Shown here piece by piece: positions 1 to 8,413 of a DNA stretch of 64,000 nt. The DNA is taken from positions 31,417 to 95,416 of the IMG/VR virus record IMGVR_UViG_2757320620_000001; one strand, 5' to 3'. Under the pieces are notes generated by a model. That model did not search any database. It was not told the origin of the DNA and was given only the letters and a program-made list of their open reading frames with translations. Every line of letters begins with the position of its first letter. Within the stretch, counting starts at the first letter, position 1. The DNA comes from a virus. Its lineage: Duplodnaviria; Heunggongvirae; Uroviricota; Caudoviricetes. Made by a program: the position numbers and the translations under genes.

Positions 1-54
1 AACCGCGCAGCGATGACCGGCGACATGACCGCGGCCATCAACGCAGCAGCATAA
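1..54 (+). CDS. 3' end of an upstream gene (partial; ...NRAAMTGDMTAAINAAA*)
   Basis: Open frame from the window edge to a TAA at 52-54, with a consistent RBS and start for the next gene. No start is visible and there is too little sequence to assign a product. Confidence 0.3.
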   Translation, partial: NRAAMTGDMTAAINAAA

Positions 55-64
55 GGAGAAGACC

Positions 65-1606
65 TTGAACGCAACCGCAGCCCTTTCGCTTATTCGCGAA
101 ATCGCTAATTCGCCCGGCCGCCTGGATAAACAGGCCGGCCTCGATAAGCTGCTCGCCAGCGATCTCGGCAAGTTCATCCTCAAGTGGACCTACGATCCGT
201 TCATCACCTTTGGAATCACGGTGAAGAAGATGCCGGCTCACAATCCTCTGCCTGATGTGACGATCAATAATCCCTCGGTCGACGCCCATCTGATCGATCT
301 GTCCACACGCGCGCTGTCGGGCAACGCCGCAAAGGAAGCCACTGATTATCTCCTTTCGGTTCTTGACGAGCCTTCGCGCGAAATCCTCTTCCTGATCCTC
401 AACAAGGATCTGAAGGCCGGCATTGCCAACACGACGATCGAATCCGTGCTGCCGGGCTTCCTGCCGTCGTTCGGCGTCATGCGCGCTCACCCATACGAAG
501 ACAGCCGCGTCACGAAATTCCCGGTTCCGATCGAGCCGAAGCTCGACGGTTACCGCTGCACCTTCATCGCGAAGGAAGGGAAGGGCGCCTTTTTCACCAG
601 GTCGGGCAAAGCCATTCCGGCGTTCCAGGAGCTGGCCGAGCCGCTGCTTGAGGCAGCGAAGCACATTCGGCAAGAGGCGCGCAACGGCGACGTCGATGAT
701 CACTACCGCGACCTGGCGCTGATGCTGTTCGATGGCAACAACGTCGAGCCGACCTTTGTTCTCGACGGTGAAGCGCTCTACGGGCTCTTTGCGAACATGG
801 GCGCGATCAAGCGAAAGAACGGCCAGCTCTACGATGGTGAGCTGCACGCCTTCGATCTGCTGCCGCTCTCCGGCTTCCTCGGCAACACGCCCTATAAGGT
901 TCCCTACGAGAAGCGTCGCGAGCTGTTGTCGACCTTCGTCTCGGAGCTGCGCAGCGTGACCAATGCGCCGGTCTACCAGACGCCGACCTACGAGGCGAAC
1001 AGTCACGAGGAAATCCAGGAGATCTACGAGCGCCTGGTCAATCAGACGATCGCCAATTACCTCGCTCGCGGCGACAAGGCTCGCGAAGCCGAGCTGGCGA
1101 AGAACACGATCGACAAGGCAACCGGCAAGCTGAAGTGCCTCGAAGGCGCGATGGTGAAGAGCTACGAGGGGCCATACGAAAAGAAAAAGTCCTACACCTG
1201 GTTGAAAATCAAGCCCGAGGACACGATCGACCTCTTCGTCGTCGGCTTCTACAACGGCAAGGAAAACGACGAGAACGAGAACCGCCTGGGCGGCGTCATT
1301 GTCGACCATAAGGGCGTCGAGGTGCGCATCGGCGGTGGCTGGTCGAGCGATGACCGCGATCAGCTCTGGGAAGATTGGCAGCACGACGCCGCTCTGCTCG
1401 GAATCGACCCGAAGGTCGGCTACAAGAAAGGTCACTCGCTCGCGCCGGCCGACGTCCACGAGAAAGGCTACAAGCTCCTCGGTCGCATGCTCGAAATTGA
1501 GTTCAACGAGGTGACGCCCGACGGTTCGCTGCGCCACCCGCGCGCTGTGCGCTTCCGCGACGACAAGGCCGGCGAAGCGCTTGCCGAACTGAAGGCGGCC
1601 GCGTGA
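65..1606 (+). CDS. ATP-dependent DNA ligase
   Basis: TTG start 6 nt after an AAGGAGA RBS. Nucleotidyltransferase motif I K-x-D-G-x-R is present as EPKLDGYRCTF. Length of 513 aa fits phage/bacterial ATP ligases. Confidence 0.85.
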   Translation: MNATAALSLIREIANSPGRLDKQAGLDKLLASDLGKFILKWTYDPFITFGITVKKMPAHNPLPDVTINNPSVDAHLIDLSTRALSGNAAKEATDYLLSVLDEPSREILFLILNKDLKAGIANTTIESVLPGFLPSFGVMRAHPYEDSRVTKFPVPIEPKLDGYRCTFIAKEGKGAFFTRSGKAIPAFQELAEPLLEAAKHIRQEARNGDVDDHYRDLALMLFDGNNVEPTFVLDGEALYGLFANMGAIKRKNGQLYDGELHAFDLLPLSGFLGNTPYKVPYEKRRELLSTFVSELRSVTNAPVYQTPTYEANSHEEIQEIYERLVNQTIANYLARGDKAREAELAKNTIDKATGKLKCLEGAMVKSYEGPYEKKKSYTWLKIKPEDTIDLFVVGFYNGKENDENENRLGGVIVDHKGVEVRIGGGWSSDDRDQLWEDWQHDAALLGIDPKVGYKKGHSLAPADVHEKGYKLLGRMLEIEFNEVTPDGSLRHPRAVRFRDDKAGEALAELKAAA

Positions 1607-1818
1607 GCAAGTCACACAAGCTGCGCGCCGAATTGCGCGAGGCCTACAACTTGGTTGCACCGTCTGGCGCGACCAAAACCATCATCGGCAAGGCACTCTG
1701 GCTGCATCTGCGCAGACTGGGCGACGACATGCGCTGGTATGCAATCCGTCGCCCGTTGCCGGTCCCGAAAGATTTCACGATTTTTCGAAAAGCCGAGCAA
1801 AAACTGACTATTCTATAA
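1603..1818 (+). CDS. hypothetical protein (71 aa), coupled to the ligase stop
   Basis: GTGA start/stop overlap with the ligase gene. Basic and Trp-rich, with no recognisable motif. Confidence 0.3.
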   Translation: MSKSHKLRAELREAYNLVAPSGATKTIIGKALWLHLRRLGDDMRWYAIRRPLPVPKDFTIFRKAEQKLTIL

Positions 1819-1866
1819 TCACAGCGACGTTCCGTTCATTTCGTCATTGTGATCTCCTTTCCAACT

Positions 1867-1896
1867 GGGCAGCTCTCGCGGGCTGCCCTTTTTTTT
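1867..1896 (+). terminator. rho-independent terminator (GGGCAGC-loop-GCTGCCC + T8)
   Basis: 7 bp GC stem (1867-1873 / 1882-1888) followed by TTTTTTTT (1889-1896), placed after the ligase operon and abutting the end of repC on the other strand. Confidence 0.7.
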
Positions 1897-2998
1897 ATTG
1901 CCGTCGCCTGAGCTTCTGGATCTCCTCATCAAGGTTGACCTGGCCGGCACGGATCAACCGGCACATCGCCCGGAAGTAACCGCCGAAATTCTTGATCTGC
2001 TCGGCGCCGGCAGCCGGCCGCGCCTGCATCTGGATAACCCACACAAGGGTCGCAGCAGCCGGCACCGGGCCGATCTCGCGCCTGGCCTCCTCCCAGGCCG
2101 ACGCAGACACGCCGAACGCGCCCCGCATTCGCCCGGCAGCCGCGACAAGCTCGAGGTCGTGCCGGATCTCACCCATGAACTCCATCGCATCAGGGCAAGC
2201 CATCTTCAGGTCACGCAGATCCGTCTGCCGCGCCGGCGCCTCCTCCACATTTTCATGGCTGTTGTTACAAGACTGGTCAGGGGCATATTTGTTGCTGTCT
2301 TTGTGACGGCAGTTATTGCCGGCAGAGGCGGTATAATATCTGGATTCTGCCTCCTGCCGGAGTGCTTGCCACTGCCCGCGGAAAGGGTCGGCCGATCCCG
2401 CGCTCGACCTACGCGGCGTGACGCGCACGAGCTCCAGGGCGCGCGCCGTCAGATCTTCGATGTCGACGCTCGGGTAAACCTCTGCAAGCGTTCTGAGAGC
2501 TTCCTGGGCCGAACGCCGGTGAATGGTCAGCTCGTCGAAGGCAACGCTGCGCTCGCGCTCCATTTCCTTCAGCGCCTCGAGCCTGGCGGCAAACTCCGGC
2601 CGGCGCGCAAGGAGAGGGGAGAGGTCGAAGCCGAAGGCCCGGATGATCTGCCCGGCCGGCGAGCGCTGCGCAAACCGTTTGCCGTTCGGCGAATCCTTGG
2701 AGACGATGACGCCCTCTTCAATCAGCCGGGCGATCGCAAACCGAATGGACCGCTCCGGAATGCCGGTGCGCTCGCCGATGAACTCGTTCGACGGCCAGAC
2801 AAGGATTCGACCCTCGACCGGCTCGCCATTATAGACGCCGCAAAGCTGGTCGAGCACGAAGCGCGCCGACGCCGGCAGCCGAAGGACTCGAGCTGCCATC
2901 CTGGCTGTGTCGAAGAGGTCTTGCTTTTCAAGGCTATATGGGTCTTGGAGGGCCGGTGCTGGCCGCAGACTGCGCCACCCCGATGACTGCGCTGACAT
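1895..2998 (-). CDS. repC: RepC-like plasmid replication initiator (repABC-type RepC family)
   Basis: 367 aa minus-strand ORF. The N-terminal winged-helix region ...WPSNEFIGERTGIPERSIRFAIARLIEEGVIVSKDSPNGKRF... matches the conserved core of alpha-proteobacterial RepC as I recall it. The overlapping + strand ORF 1898..2986 is an antisense artefact. Confidence 0.6.
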   Translation of the reverse strand: MSAQSSGWRSLRPAPALQDPYSLEKQDLFDTARMAARVLRLPASARFVLDQLCGVYNGEPVEGRILVWPSNEFIGERTGIPERSIRFAIARLIEEGVIVSKDSPNGKRFAQRSPAGQIIRAFGFDLSPLLARRPEFAARLEALKEMERERSVAFDELTIHRRSAQEALRTLAEVYPSVDIEDLTARALELVRVTPRRSSAGSADPFRGQWQALRQEAESRYYTASAGNNCRHKDSNKYAPDQSCNNSHENVEEAPARQTDLRDLKMACPDAMEFMGEIRHDLELVAAAGRMRGAFGVSASAWEEARREIGPVPAAATLVWVIQMQARPAAGAEQIKNFGGYFRAMCRLIRAGQVNLDEEIQKLRRRQ

Positions 2999-3053
2999 TG
3001 ATTTCCCTTGCTTTTCAAGGGCAAAGCTTCGCCAGACACTTCGAAAAGAAATG

Positions 3054-3168
3054 TTGACAAATCAGCGGTGATTCGGGATAACCAAGGTGTGAAGCGAGGC
3101 GATCCAAAGTCGCTGAGTTAATTTCAAAGGCTCTGGGATTGCCGTCCTGGAGCCTTTTGCTTTGCCGA
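3054..3168 (+). ncRNA. candidate counter-transcribed (antisense) RNA across the repC leader: promoter-like TTGACA-N17-GATAAC plus a terminator hairpin
   Basis: TTGACA at 3054-3059, a GATAAC -10-like hexamer 17 bp downstream, and the hairpin GGCTC...GAGCC (3129-3133 / 3150-3154) followed by TTTTGCTTTG. All of this is antisense to the intergenic leader between the RHH gene and repC, the same architecture as the ctRNA of repABC replicons. Confidence 0.3.
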
Positions 3169-3170
3169 GT

Positions 3171-3377
3171 TTAGTTTCCTTTGCTCAATTCGAATTCCTT
3201 GATCGCTCGCGCAATCAGATCCGACCGGTTTTTGAACTGGCCCGCCGACATCATGTCGCCGAGTTTCGTCTGTAATTCCTGATCAAGCCAGACGGTGATC
3301 TGGCTTTCGCCGGCAGCCTCGCGTCGTTCCCGATACCTGGCCGCGGCACGCGCGTTAGCATTTCCTTCAGCGTTCAT
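3171..3377 (-). CDS. ribbon-helix-helix (CopG/Arc/MetJ-like) DNA-binding protein
   Basis: 68 aa. The pattern ITVWLDQELQTKLGDMM...NRSDLIARAIKEF is a typical beta-strand-helix-helix signature. It lies immediately upstream of repC and in the same orientation, so an operon is likely. Confidence 0.5.
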   Translation of the reverse strand: MNAEGNANARAAARYRERREAAGESQITVWLDQELQTKLGDMMSAGQFKNRSDLIARAIKEFELSKGN

Positions 3378-3776
3378 GGCTTAGAGACTCAGTTGACCGT
3401 GTCGATTACCAGTGATGCCACGATTCGACAGATGGTAAAACCCCAGTGATTTTCTCGCGCTTTGGTTACACAAAATTAACCTGCGCTCGCAAAAGTCGCA
3501 TAAGGTGGCTTATGGAACTTGCTGTCAACTCCCCAGATTTCACCTATTGAAAATTTTCTTTTCGCACCGTTTGCCCTCGAATCCTTGGTTTCGGGTGCGG
3601 CAAAATGGAATTGACTGCATTTTCTGAATCAATCGGTATTGACTTACAGGTTGAAACTTTGCCAAAAGAAATCACTGCAGCCCAACACCGATGTGCTATT
3701 TACTACAGCAGAAAACAAGAAAACGCTGTTAGTGACAAGTAAAACAGAGGTCTAGGAAGAAGGGTTATAAATTAAA
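3378..3776. promoter_or_regulatory. AT-rich divergent control region between the minus-strand RHH-repC unit and the + strand gene block
   Basis: About 400 bp with no convincing ORF and GC clearly below the window average. It contains TTGACT/TCAAT inverted elements (3611-3650) and the TTGACTTACAGG box also seen at 19146 and 38587. Confidence 0.4.
3626..3650. promoter_or_regulatory. motif variant AATCAA-TCGGTA-TTGACTTACAGG
   Basis: Inverted TCAAT/ATTGA halves with a longer spacer, in the divergent control region. Confidence 0.3.
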
Positions 3777-4178
3777 ATGTCCACTACTTATGTTCGTCCC
3801 TACGCTAACACGAAGGTTGCGCGTTTTCTCGACAAGCACATTGACCAGGTGGTCAACCGATCCCACCGCGAAATCGCTCAGGCGGCCGGCTGGACCCAGT
3901 CGAACATGGTCACGATGATCAAGAAGGGCGACGCCAAGTTGCCGCTCGATCGTGTTGCCGCGCTCGCCCGTGCGATTGACGTGGATCCGCTCTTTCTCTT
4001 CCGGATGGCCCTCGAGCAGTTCATGCCAGAGGATGCCGAAACCGCGCGGATGCTCGATTTCATCTGCACCGAAAACGAAGTCGAAATCCTCGGCGTGATC
4101 CGCGAGGCTTCCGGCAACAGCGATCCGAAGATCAACGATCGGCAGCGTGCTGCCGTTACCGAGGCCTTCGCGAAATAA
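3777..4178 (+). CDS. putative HTH (XRE/Cro-like) DNA-binding protein
   Basis: 133 aa. The segment HREIAQAAGWTQSNMVTMIKKGDAKLP looks like helix-turn-helix. It is the first gene of the + strand block, divergent from the RHH-repC unit. Confidence 0.45.
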   Translation: MSTTYVRPYANTKVARFLDKHIDQVVNRSHREIAQAAGWTQSNMVTMIKKGDAKLPLDRVAALARAIDVDPLFLFRMALEQFMPEDAETARMLDFICTENEVEILGVIREASGNSDPKINDRQRAAVTEAFAK

Positions 4179-4205
4179 CCGAGGGTTACCTCGGCTATAC
4201 CACCG

Positions 4206-4240
4206 GCGATCCGGCATAGGCACCGGATCGCTTTTTCTTT
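4206..4240 (+). terminator. rho-independent terminator (GCGATCCGG-loop-CCGGATCGC + TTTTTCTTT)
   Basis: Perfect 9 bp stem (4206-4214 / 4223-4231) followed by a T-run at 4232-4240, 28 bp after the stop of the HTH gene. Confidence 0.65.
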
Positions 4241-4252
4241 CGCTAGCTCCAT

Positions 4253-4269
4253 CAGTAAATATTGACTGA
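4253..4269. promoter_or_regulatory. recurrent palindromic motif copy (CAGTAAATATTGACTGA)
   Basis: 28 bp upstream of ORF 4298. Confidence 0.5.
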
Positions 4270-4297
4270 TCGGTGTTGACATGACAAAGGACGCATC

Positions 4298-4528
4298 ATG
4301 CAGAAACAGCAGCAGGCAATCACCAACTCCCACCTCGACGCCATCAAGGAGATTCCCTTCGATGTTGCCTGGGCTGAAGGTGCGAGATTGGTGAACGGCG
4401 TGCGAACAGACAAGGAAGGCGTGACGGTTCTCACCGGCACCCACCCGGAACACGGCAATATCCACATCATCATCCCTGCGGTCGGACAAGGGCTCCTGCT
4501 CTTCCCGTTTGTAGTCCAAGATTTTTGA
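4298..4528 (+). CDS. hypothetical protein (76 aa)
   Basis: ATG with an AAGGA RBS. It is preceded by a motif copy at 4253-4269. Confidence 0.4.
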   Translation: MQKQQQAITNSHLDAIKEIPFDVAWAEGARLVNGVRTDKEGVTVLTGTHPEHGNIHIIIPAVGQGLLLFPFVVQDF

Positions 4529-4535
4529 TGCGATA

Positions 4536-4560
4536 AATAATCAATCAAAATTGATTTAAC
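4536..4560. promoter_or_regulatory. motif variant (AATAATCAATCAAAATTGATTTAAC)
   Basis: 11 bp upstream of the cobT-like gene. Confidence 0.4.
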
Positions 4561-4570
4561 GGAGTGCGAC

Positions 4571-7081
4571 ATGAACAATGACATTGTGATCCTGCGCGAA
4601 GCGATCAAGAAGATCGTGCCGATGCTTGCTGGCAAAGGCCTGACCGTGACGCAAATGGGCACACAAGCCTATGTTCAGCCGCACCCCGTCACCGGTCTGC
4701 CCTGGCGCGTGAATATCCCTCTCCTGCCCGACAACGCCGAGCCGGAGTTTGTGTTCGCGATCCAGGGCTTCATCGACCATGAGGTCGCCCACGTCCTCTT
4801 CACCGACTTCCTGTTCAAGGCGCGCGACAAGTCGAAGCGCCTGCACAATTTGCATAACATCGTGGAAGACACGATGATCGAGCGGCTGATGAGCAACGAG
4901 TTCCCCGGCTCGAAGCGCAACATCTCCAAGCTCCGCGAATACTTCCTGCGCAACGTCACCGCGGCCGCGATCGCAAAGGCGCGCTCGAAGGAAGAAGAGT
5001 TCGGCTACCTGGTCGTCGTCTTGATGCGGGCGCTCGCCGGCCACGTCGAGTTCCAGGAATTCATGGACGACAACAATTACTGGGAGCATGAGCTGGTCAA
5101 GCCGTTCATGCAGCGCTTCCCGAAGGCGTCGCAAGACAAGATGCCGCTGCTTCAGACGACCGAGCAGACCTATGACATCGCGGTCGAGATCGAAGCCATT
5201 CTCTACCCGCCACCGCCGCCCGCCCCGCCGCAGCCGCCCGAGCCTGAAGAGCAGGACGATCAGGATCAGGGTGAAGGTTCTGATGACCAGGAGCCGTCGG
5301 AAGGCGAAGACGACAAGGATCATTCCGACGAACAGCAGACCGGCGACGGCGAAGGTGACGGTGAGCGCGAGCACACCGAAGACAACGACGATGCGTCGGG
5401 CGGTGAAGGCGAAAGCGAAGAGGAGAAGGATGACGATGCCGGCGACGGTGAAGACGAAGGTTCCGGCGCAGGCGAAGAAAAAGCCGACGATGAGGAAGGC
5501 GATGACGTCGCTCCCGGAACGAGCGCAGATGATGGCGACGACGATTCGGCTGACAAAGAAGATGCCAGCGACGAAGACAGCGATGGCTCGGCCGGTGAGC
5601 AGGACGACGCTGACGACGAGCCCCAGACCGGTAAGAGCTCCAGCTCGCCCAAAGAAGACGGCGATGATGATGCCGATGATCAGGGTGGTTCCGGCAACGG
5701 CGACGACGATGAGCATGACCAGGGCGAGGAAGGTTCTGATGAGCATGCTGACGCTGGGCAGGAAGCAGCGGATTCTGATGCAGAGGGTGAAGACCAGCCC
5801 GCTGAGATGGAAGATGGCGCCGATGAAAGCGGCGAGGCAGATCAGTCAGATGATGGCGAAAGCGGAAGCGACGCTGGAGGCTCTGGTTCCGATGATCAGT
5901 CCGAAGAAGATGGCGAAGACGACGAGGCGGGCGGCAACCCTCTGAACAACGTTGCCATCGAGGACGCCGGCAGCGATGAAGACGGTGAAGATGGCGAACC
6001 TGCCGAGGATGACGACACGCCGAGCGTCGAACTCGCCGGCATCGGCTACGATCCGAACCAGAACCCCTTCTCCGCAATGAGCGACGATGAGCTTGACGAG
6101 AAGGATATCTCGTCGGCGCTGGTCAAGATCATCGTCAAGGAAGCGATCTCGGCCTGCCGGGCTGCCGACTATTCGGTCTTCACCCGCGACTACGACATTA
6201 TCAAGCCGCTCGAGGTGCCGGAAAACTTCAGCAGCAAATATATCGTGGAGCTCGAGGAGCAGACCCGCGCGCTGACCGGCGTGATGCAGAAGGATATCGA
6301 GCGCATGATGGCCGCCCAGGCGCGCGTCTTCAATGTCGCCGGTCAACGCTCCGGTCGCCTCAACAGCGCCGGCCTGCATCGCCTGACGGCCGGCGACGCG
6401 CGCGTGTTCTCGCGCCGTGAGGAGATCCGCGCGAAAGATACGGCTGTGGCGCTTCTGTCCGACTGCTCCGGCTCGATGAAGGGTCGCCCAATGGCAACGG
6501 CGCTGTCGGCCGCATACGCGCTTGCCTCGGTGCTTGAGCGCTGCAATATCCCCTCCGAGTGCATGGGCTTCACGACCGCGCAATCATACGGCAGCGGCAG
6601 CGTCATGTCGGAAGACCGGGTCCGGCAGTTCAGCGCCGACCTTATGAATGAGACGCAGAAGTCCGGCGTGCGCTTCTCGCGCACCGTGCCGATCTACATG
6701 CCGATCTTCAAGGACTTCAACGAGCGCATCAACGCCGACGTCAAGAAGCGCTTCGCCTATCAGCGCAAGAACCAGCCCTTCATGGGCGCAAACGTCGACG
6801 GCGAGTCCCTCGAATACGCTGCGATGCGCCTGGCGCGCCGCAAGGAGAAGCGCAAGGTGATCATCGTTCTGTCCGACGGCTTTCCTGCCGGCGCCAGGAA
6901 CGACGACGAGCACCTGAAATACATGGTCGAGCGCCTGACCGGCATGGGTTACGACCTCGTCGGTATCGGCATCGAGTCCGACGCCGTCGAGCGCTTCTAC
7001 GACAACCATATCGTCCTGCAGTCGGTCGACGAGCTGCCGCGCGCCGTTATGGGCGAGCTGAAGAAAATCCTCATGAAATGA
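4571..7081 (+). CDS. CobT-like von Willebrand factor A domain protein with a roughly 270 aa Asp/Glu/Gly/Ser-rich linker
   Basis: N-terminal region resembles aerobic cobaltochelatase CobT. The C-terminal VWA/MIDAS motif D-x-S-x-S is present as LLSDCSGSMKG. A long acidic low-complexity insert occupies 5200-6060. Confidence 0.75.
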   Translation: MNNDIVILREAIKKIVPMLAGKGLTVTQMGTQAYVQPHPVTGLPWRVNIPLLPDNAEPEFVFAIQGFIDHEVAHVLFTDFLFKARDKSKRLHNLHNIVEDTMIERLMSNEFPGSKRNISKLREYFLRNVTAAAIAKARSKEEEFGYLVVVLMRALAGHVEFQEFMDDNNYWEHELVKPFMQRFPKASQDKMPLLQTTEQTYDIAVEIEAILYPPPPPAPPQPPEPEEQDDQDQGEGSDDQEPSEGEDDKDHSDEQQTGDGEGDGEREHTEDNDDASGGEGESEEEKDDDAGDGEDEGSGAGEEKADDEEGDDVAPGTSADDGDDDSADKEDASDEDSDGSAGEQDDADDEPQTGKSSSSPKEDGDDDADDQGGSGNGDDDEHDQGEEGSDEHADAGQEAADSDAEGEDQPAEMEDGADESGEADQSDDGESGSDAGGSGSDDQSEEDGEDDEAGGNPLNNVAIEDAGSDEDGEDGEPAEDDDTPSVELAGIGYDPNQNPFSAMSDDELDEKDISSALVKIIVKEAISACRAADYSVFTRDYDIIKPLEVPENFSSKYIVELEEQTRALTGVMQKDIERMMAAQARVFNVAGQRSGRLNSAGLHRLTAGDARVFSRREEIRAKDTAVALLSDCSGSMKGRPMATALSAAYALASVLERCNIPSECMGFTTAQSYGSGSVMSEDRVRQFSADLMNETQKSGVRFSRTVPIYMPIFKDFNERINADVKKRFAYQRKNQPFMGANVDGESLEYAAMRLARRKEKRKVIIVLSDGFPAGARNDDEHLKYMVERLTGMGYDLVGIGIESDAVERFYDNHIVLQSVDELPRAVMGELKKILMK

Positions 7082-7098
7082 TCGGGTAATGCAGTCGG

Positions 7099-7116
7099 TC
7101 AGTAAAAACTGATTGC
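7099..7116. promoter_or_regulatory. motif copy, upstream half of a bipartite module (TCAGTAAAAACTGATTGC)
   Basis: Followed by CATCCCATCGCTACGCTTGTTAG and the second copy at 7139-7158. Confidence 0.5.
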
Positions 7117-7138
7117 ATCCCATCGCTACGCTTGTTAG

Positions 7139-7158
7139 TAAGTAAATATTGATTGAGA
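7139..7158. promoter_or_regulatory. motif copy (TAAGTAAATATTGATTGA), upstream of the cobS-like gene
   Basis: 35 bp upstream of ATG 7193. Confidence 0.5.
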
Positions 7159-7192
7159 GCGACGATAGATCGCAAAATCGAACGGAGATAAA

Positions 7193-8413
7193 ATGAGCGA
7201 CGACATGATCACCTGCCAGATCGACGGCGGGAAAACACATTCCATCCGCATCTATCTCAGAGAGAACCATCCCGACTGGACGGTCGAGCGCTACAAGGAA
7301 GCCTATCCCGGCCAGCCGACGCTGTCTGAGCGTGGCAAGCGAGCCGCGCTGAAGGCCAAAGAGGCTGCTGATCGCAAGTCCGCTGCCGCATCCTTCCAGC
7401 CGGGCCAGGCTTTTGCCTTCGCAGAGCGCTCCCTCTCCGAAATCTTCGGCCTCGATGCGTCGACGGCGCTGTCATCGACCGGCAATCCGATCATGCTGCG
7501 CTGCCTGACCGAGCATCATCCCGAGGCTGACGCCTACGTCAACGACGTCGATGCCGACTACGTCTTCAATATCGACCTCGTCAAGAAAGTCTGCCTCGGC
7601 TTCGAGCTCGGCATGAACGTCTATCTCTGGGGCTATCACGGCACTGGCAAGACGACCGTGCTCGAGCAGTGCGCCGCCCGCACCGGCCGGCCGTTCTTGC
7701 GCGTCCAGCACACCGGCAACACCGAAGAGGCGCACATTCTCGGCCAGTATGTCGTCAAGTCCGTGCTCGTCGACGCTCAGGAGCTCGGCCCCGACGGCAA
7801 GCTCCACATCGTCAAGAAGCCGCAGACCGTCACCGAGTTTCAGTATGGTCCGCTGGCGATGGCGATGAAATACGGCATGGTCTACTGCGCTGACGAATAC
7901 GACTTCGCCATGCCGTCGGTGATCGCGCTCTATCAGCCGGTGCTCGAGGGCAAGCCGCTCGTCATCAAGGATGCGCCGATCGATCAGCGCGTCATTCATC
8001 CGCATCCCGACTTCCGCTTCGTTGCGACCGGCAACACCAACGGCGTCGGCGACGAGACGGGCCTCTACCAAGGCACGATGATCCAGAACGCAGCCTCCTA
8101 CTCGCGCTTCCACATCACCGAAGAGGTGAAATACATGGACGCCAAGCAGGAAAGCCTGGTGCTGCGCTCGAAGGCCGGGCTCGGCAAGGCCGACGCCGAC
8201 AAGTTCGTCAAGGTCGCGAATTCGATCCGCGAGAGCTTCACCAAGGGCGAAATGTCGATGACGATCTCGCCGCGCGAGCTGATCACGGCAGCGTCGCTGA
8301 CGATCGTCTTCGGTAACAATCCGACGCTCGGCTTCAAGCTCGCATTCGCCAACCGCTGCTCCCGCGTCGACCAGGTGACGGTCGAGCAAGTGCTGCAGAG
8401 GCACTTCGCATGA
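7193..8413 (+). CDS. CobS-like / MoxR-family AAA+ ATPase
   Basis: Walker A GYHGTGKTT and Walker B-like VYCADEYD. At 406 aa and immediately after the CobT-like VWA gene, this is the classical CobS/CobT pairing. Confidence 0.75.
   Translation: MSDDMITCQIDGGKTHSIRIYLRENHPDWTVERYKEAYPGQPTLSERGKRAALKAKEAADRKSAAASFQPGQAFAFAERSLSEIFGLDASTALSSTGNPIMLRCLTEHHPEADAYVNDVDADYVFNIDLVKKVCLGFELGMNVYLWGYHGTGKTTVLEQCAARTGRPFLRVQHTGNTEEAHILGQYVVKSVLVDAQELGPDGKLHIVKKPQTVTEFQYGPLAMAMKYGMVYCADEYDFAMPSVIALYQPVLEGKPLVIKDAPIDQRVIHPHPDFRFVATGNTNGVGDETGLYQGTMIQNAASYSRFHITEEVKYMDAKQESLVLRSKAGLGKADADKFVKVANSIRESFTKGEMSMTISPRELITAASLTIVFGNNPTLGFKLAFANRCSRVDQVTVEQVLQRHFA

Noticed and set aside
38-1660. Long minus-strand ORFs that fully overlap + strand genes: 38..1660, 10245..11537, 11820..13271, 14168..15310, 15368..16312, 24832..25938, 27051..28538, 29998..30918, 33856..35934, 36135..38438 and 57576..61184
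   Set aside because: Their translations are Arg/Ala/Gly/Asp-rich junk with no motifs, and they lack an RBS. They mirror + strand genes with clear functional motifs. These are the expected antisense open frames in 60% GC DNA.
3765-4519. Minus-strand ORFs 3765..4223 and 3878..4519
   Set aside because: They are antisense to the HTH gene and to ORF 4298 and cross a confirmed + strand terminator. They have no RBS.
5088-6077. ORFs 5088..5945 (+) and 5106..6077 (-) inside the GA-rich repeat tract, considered as separate genes or a repeat array
   Set aside because: They are alternative-frame shadows of the in-frame acidic linker of the CobT-like protein, and a single long ORF spans the region. The tract is not a spaced direct-repeat array, so it is not CRISPR-like.
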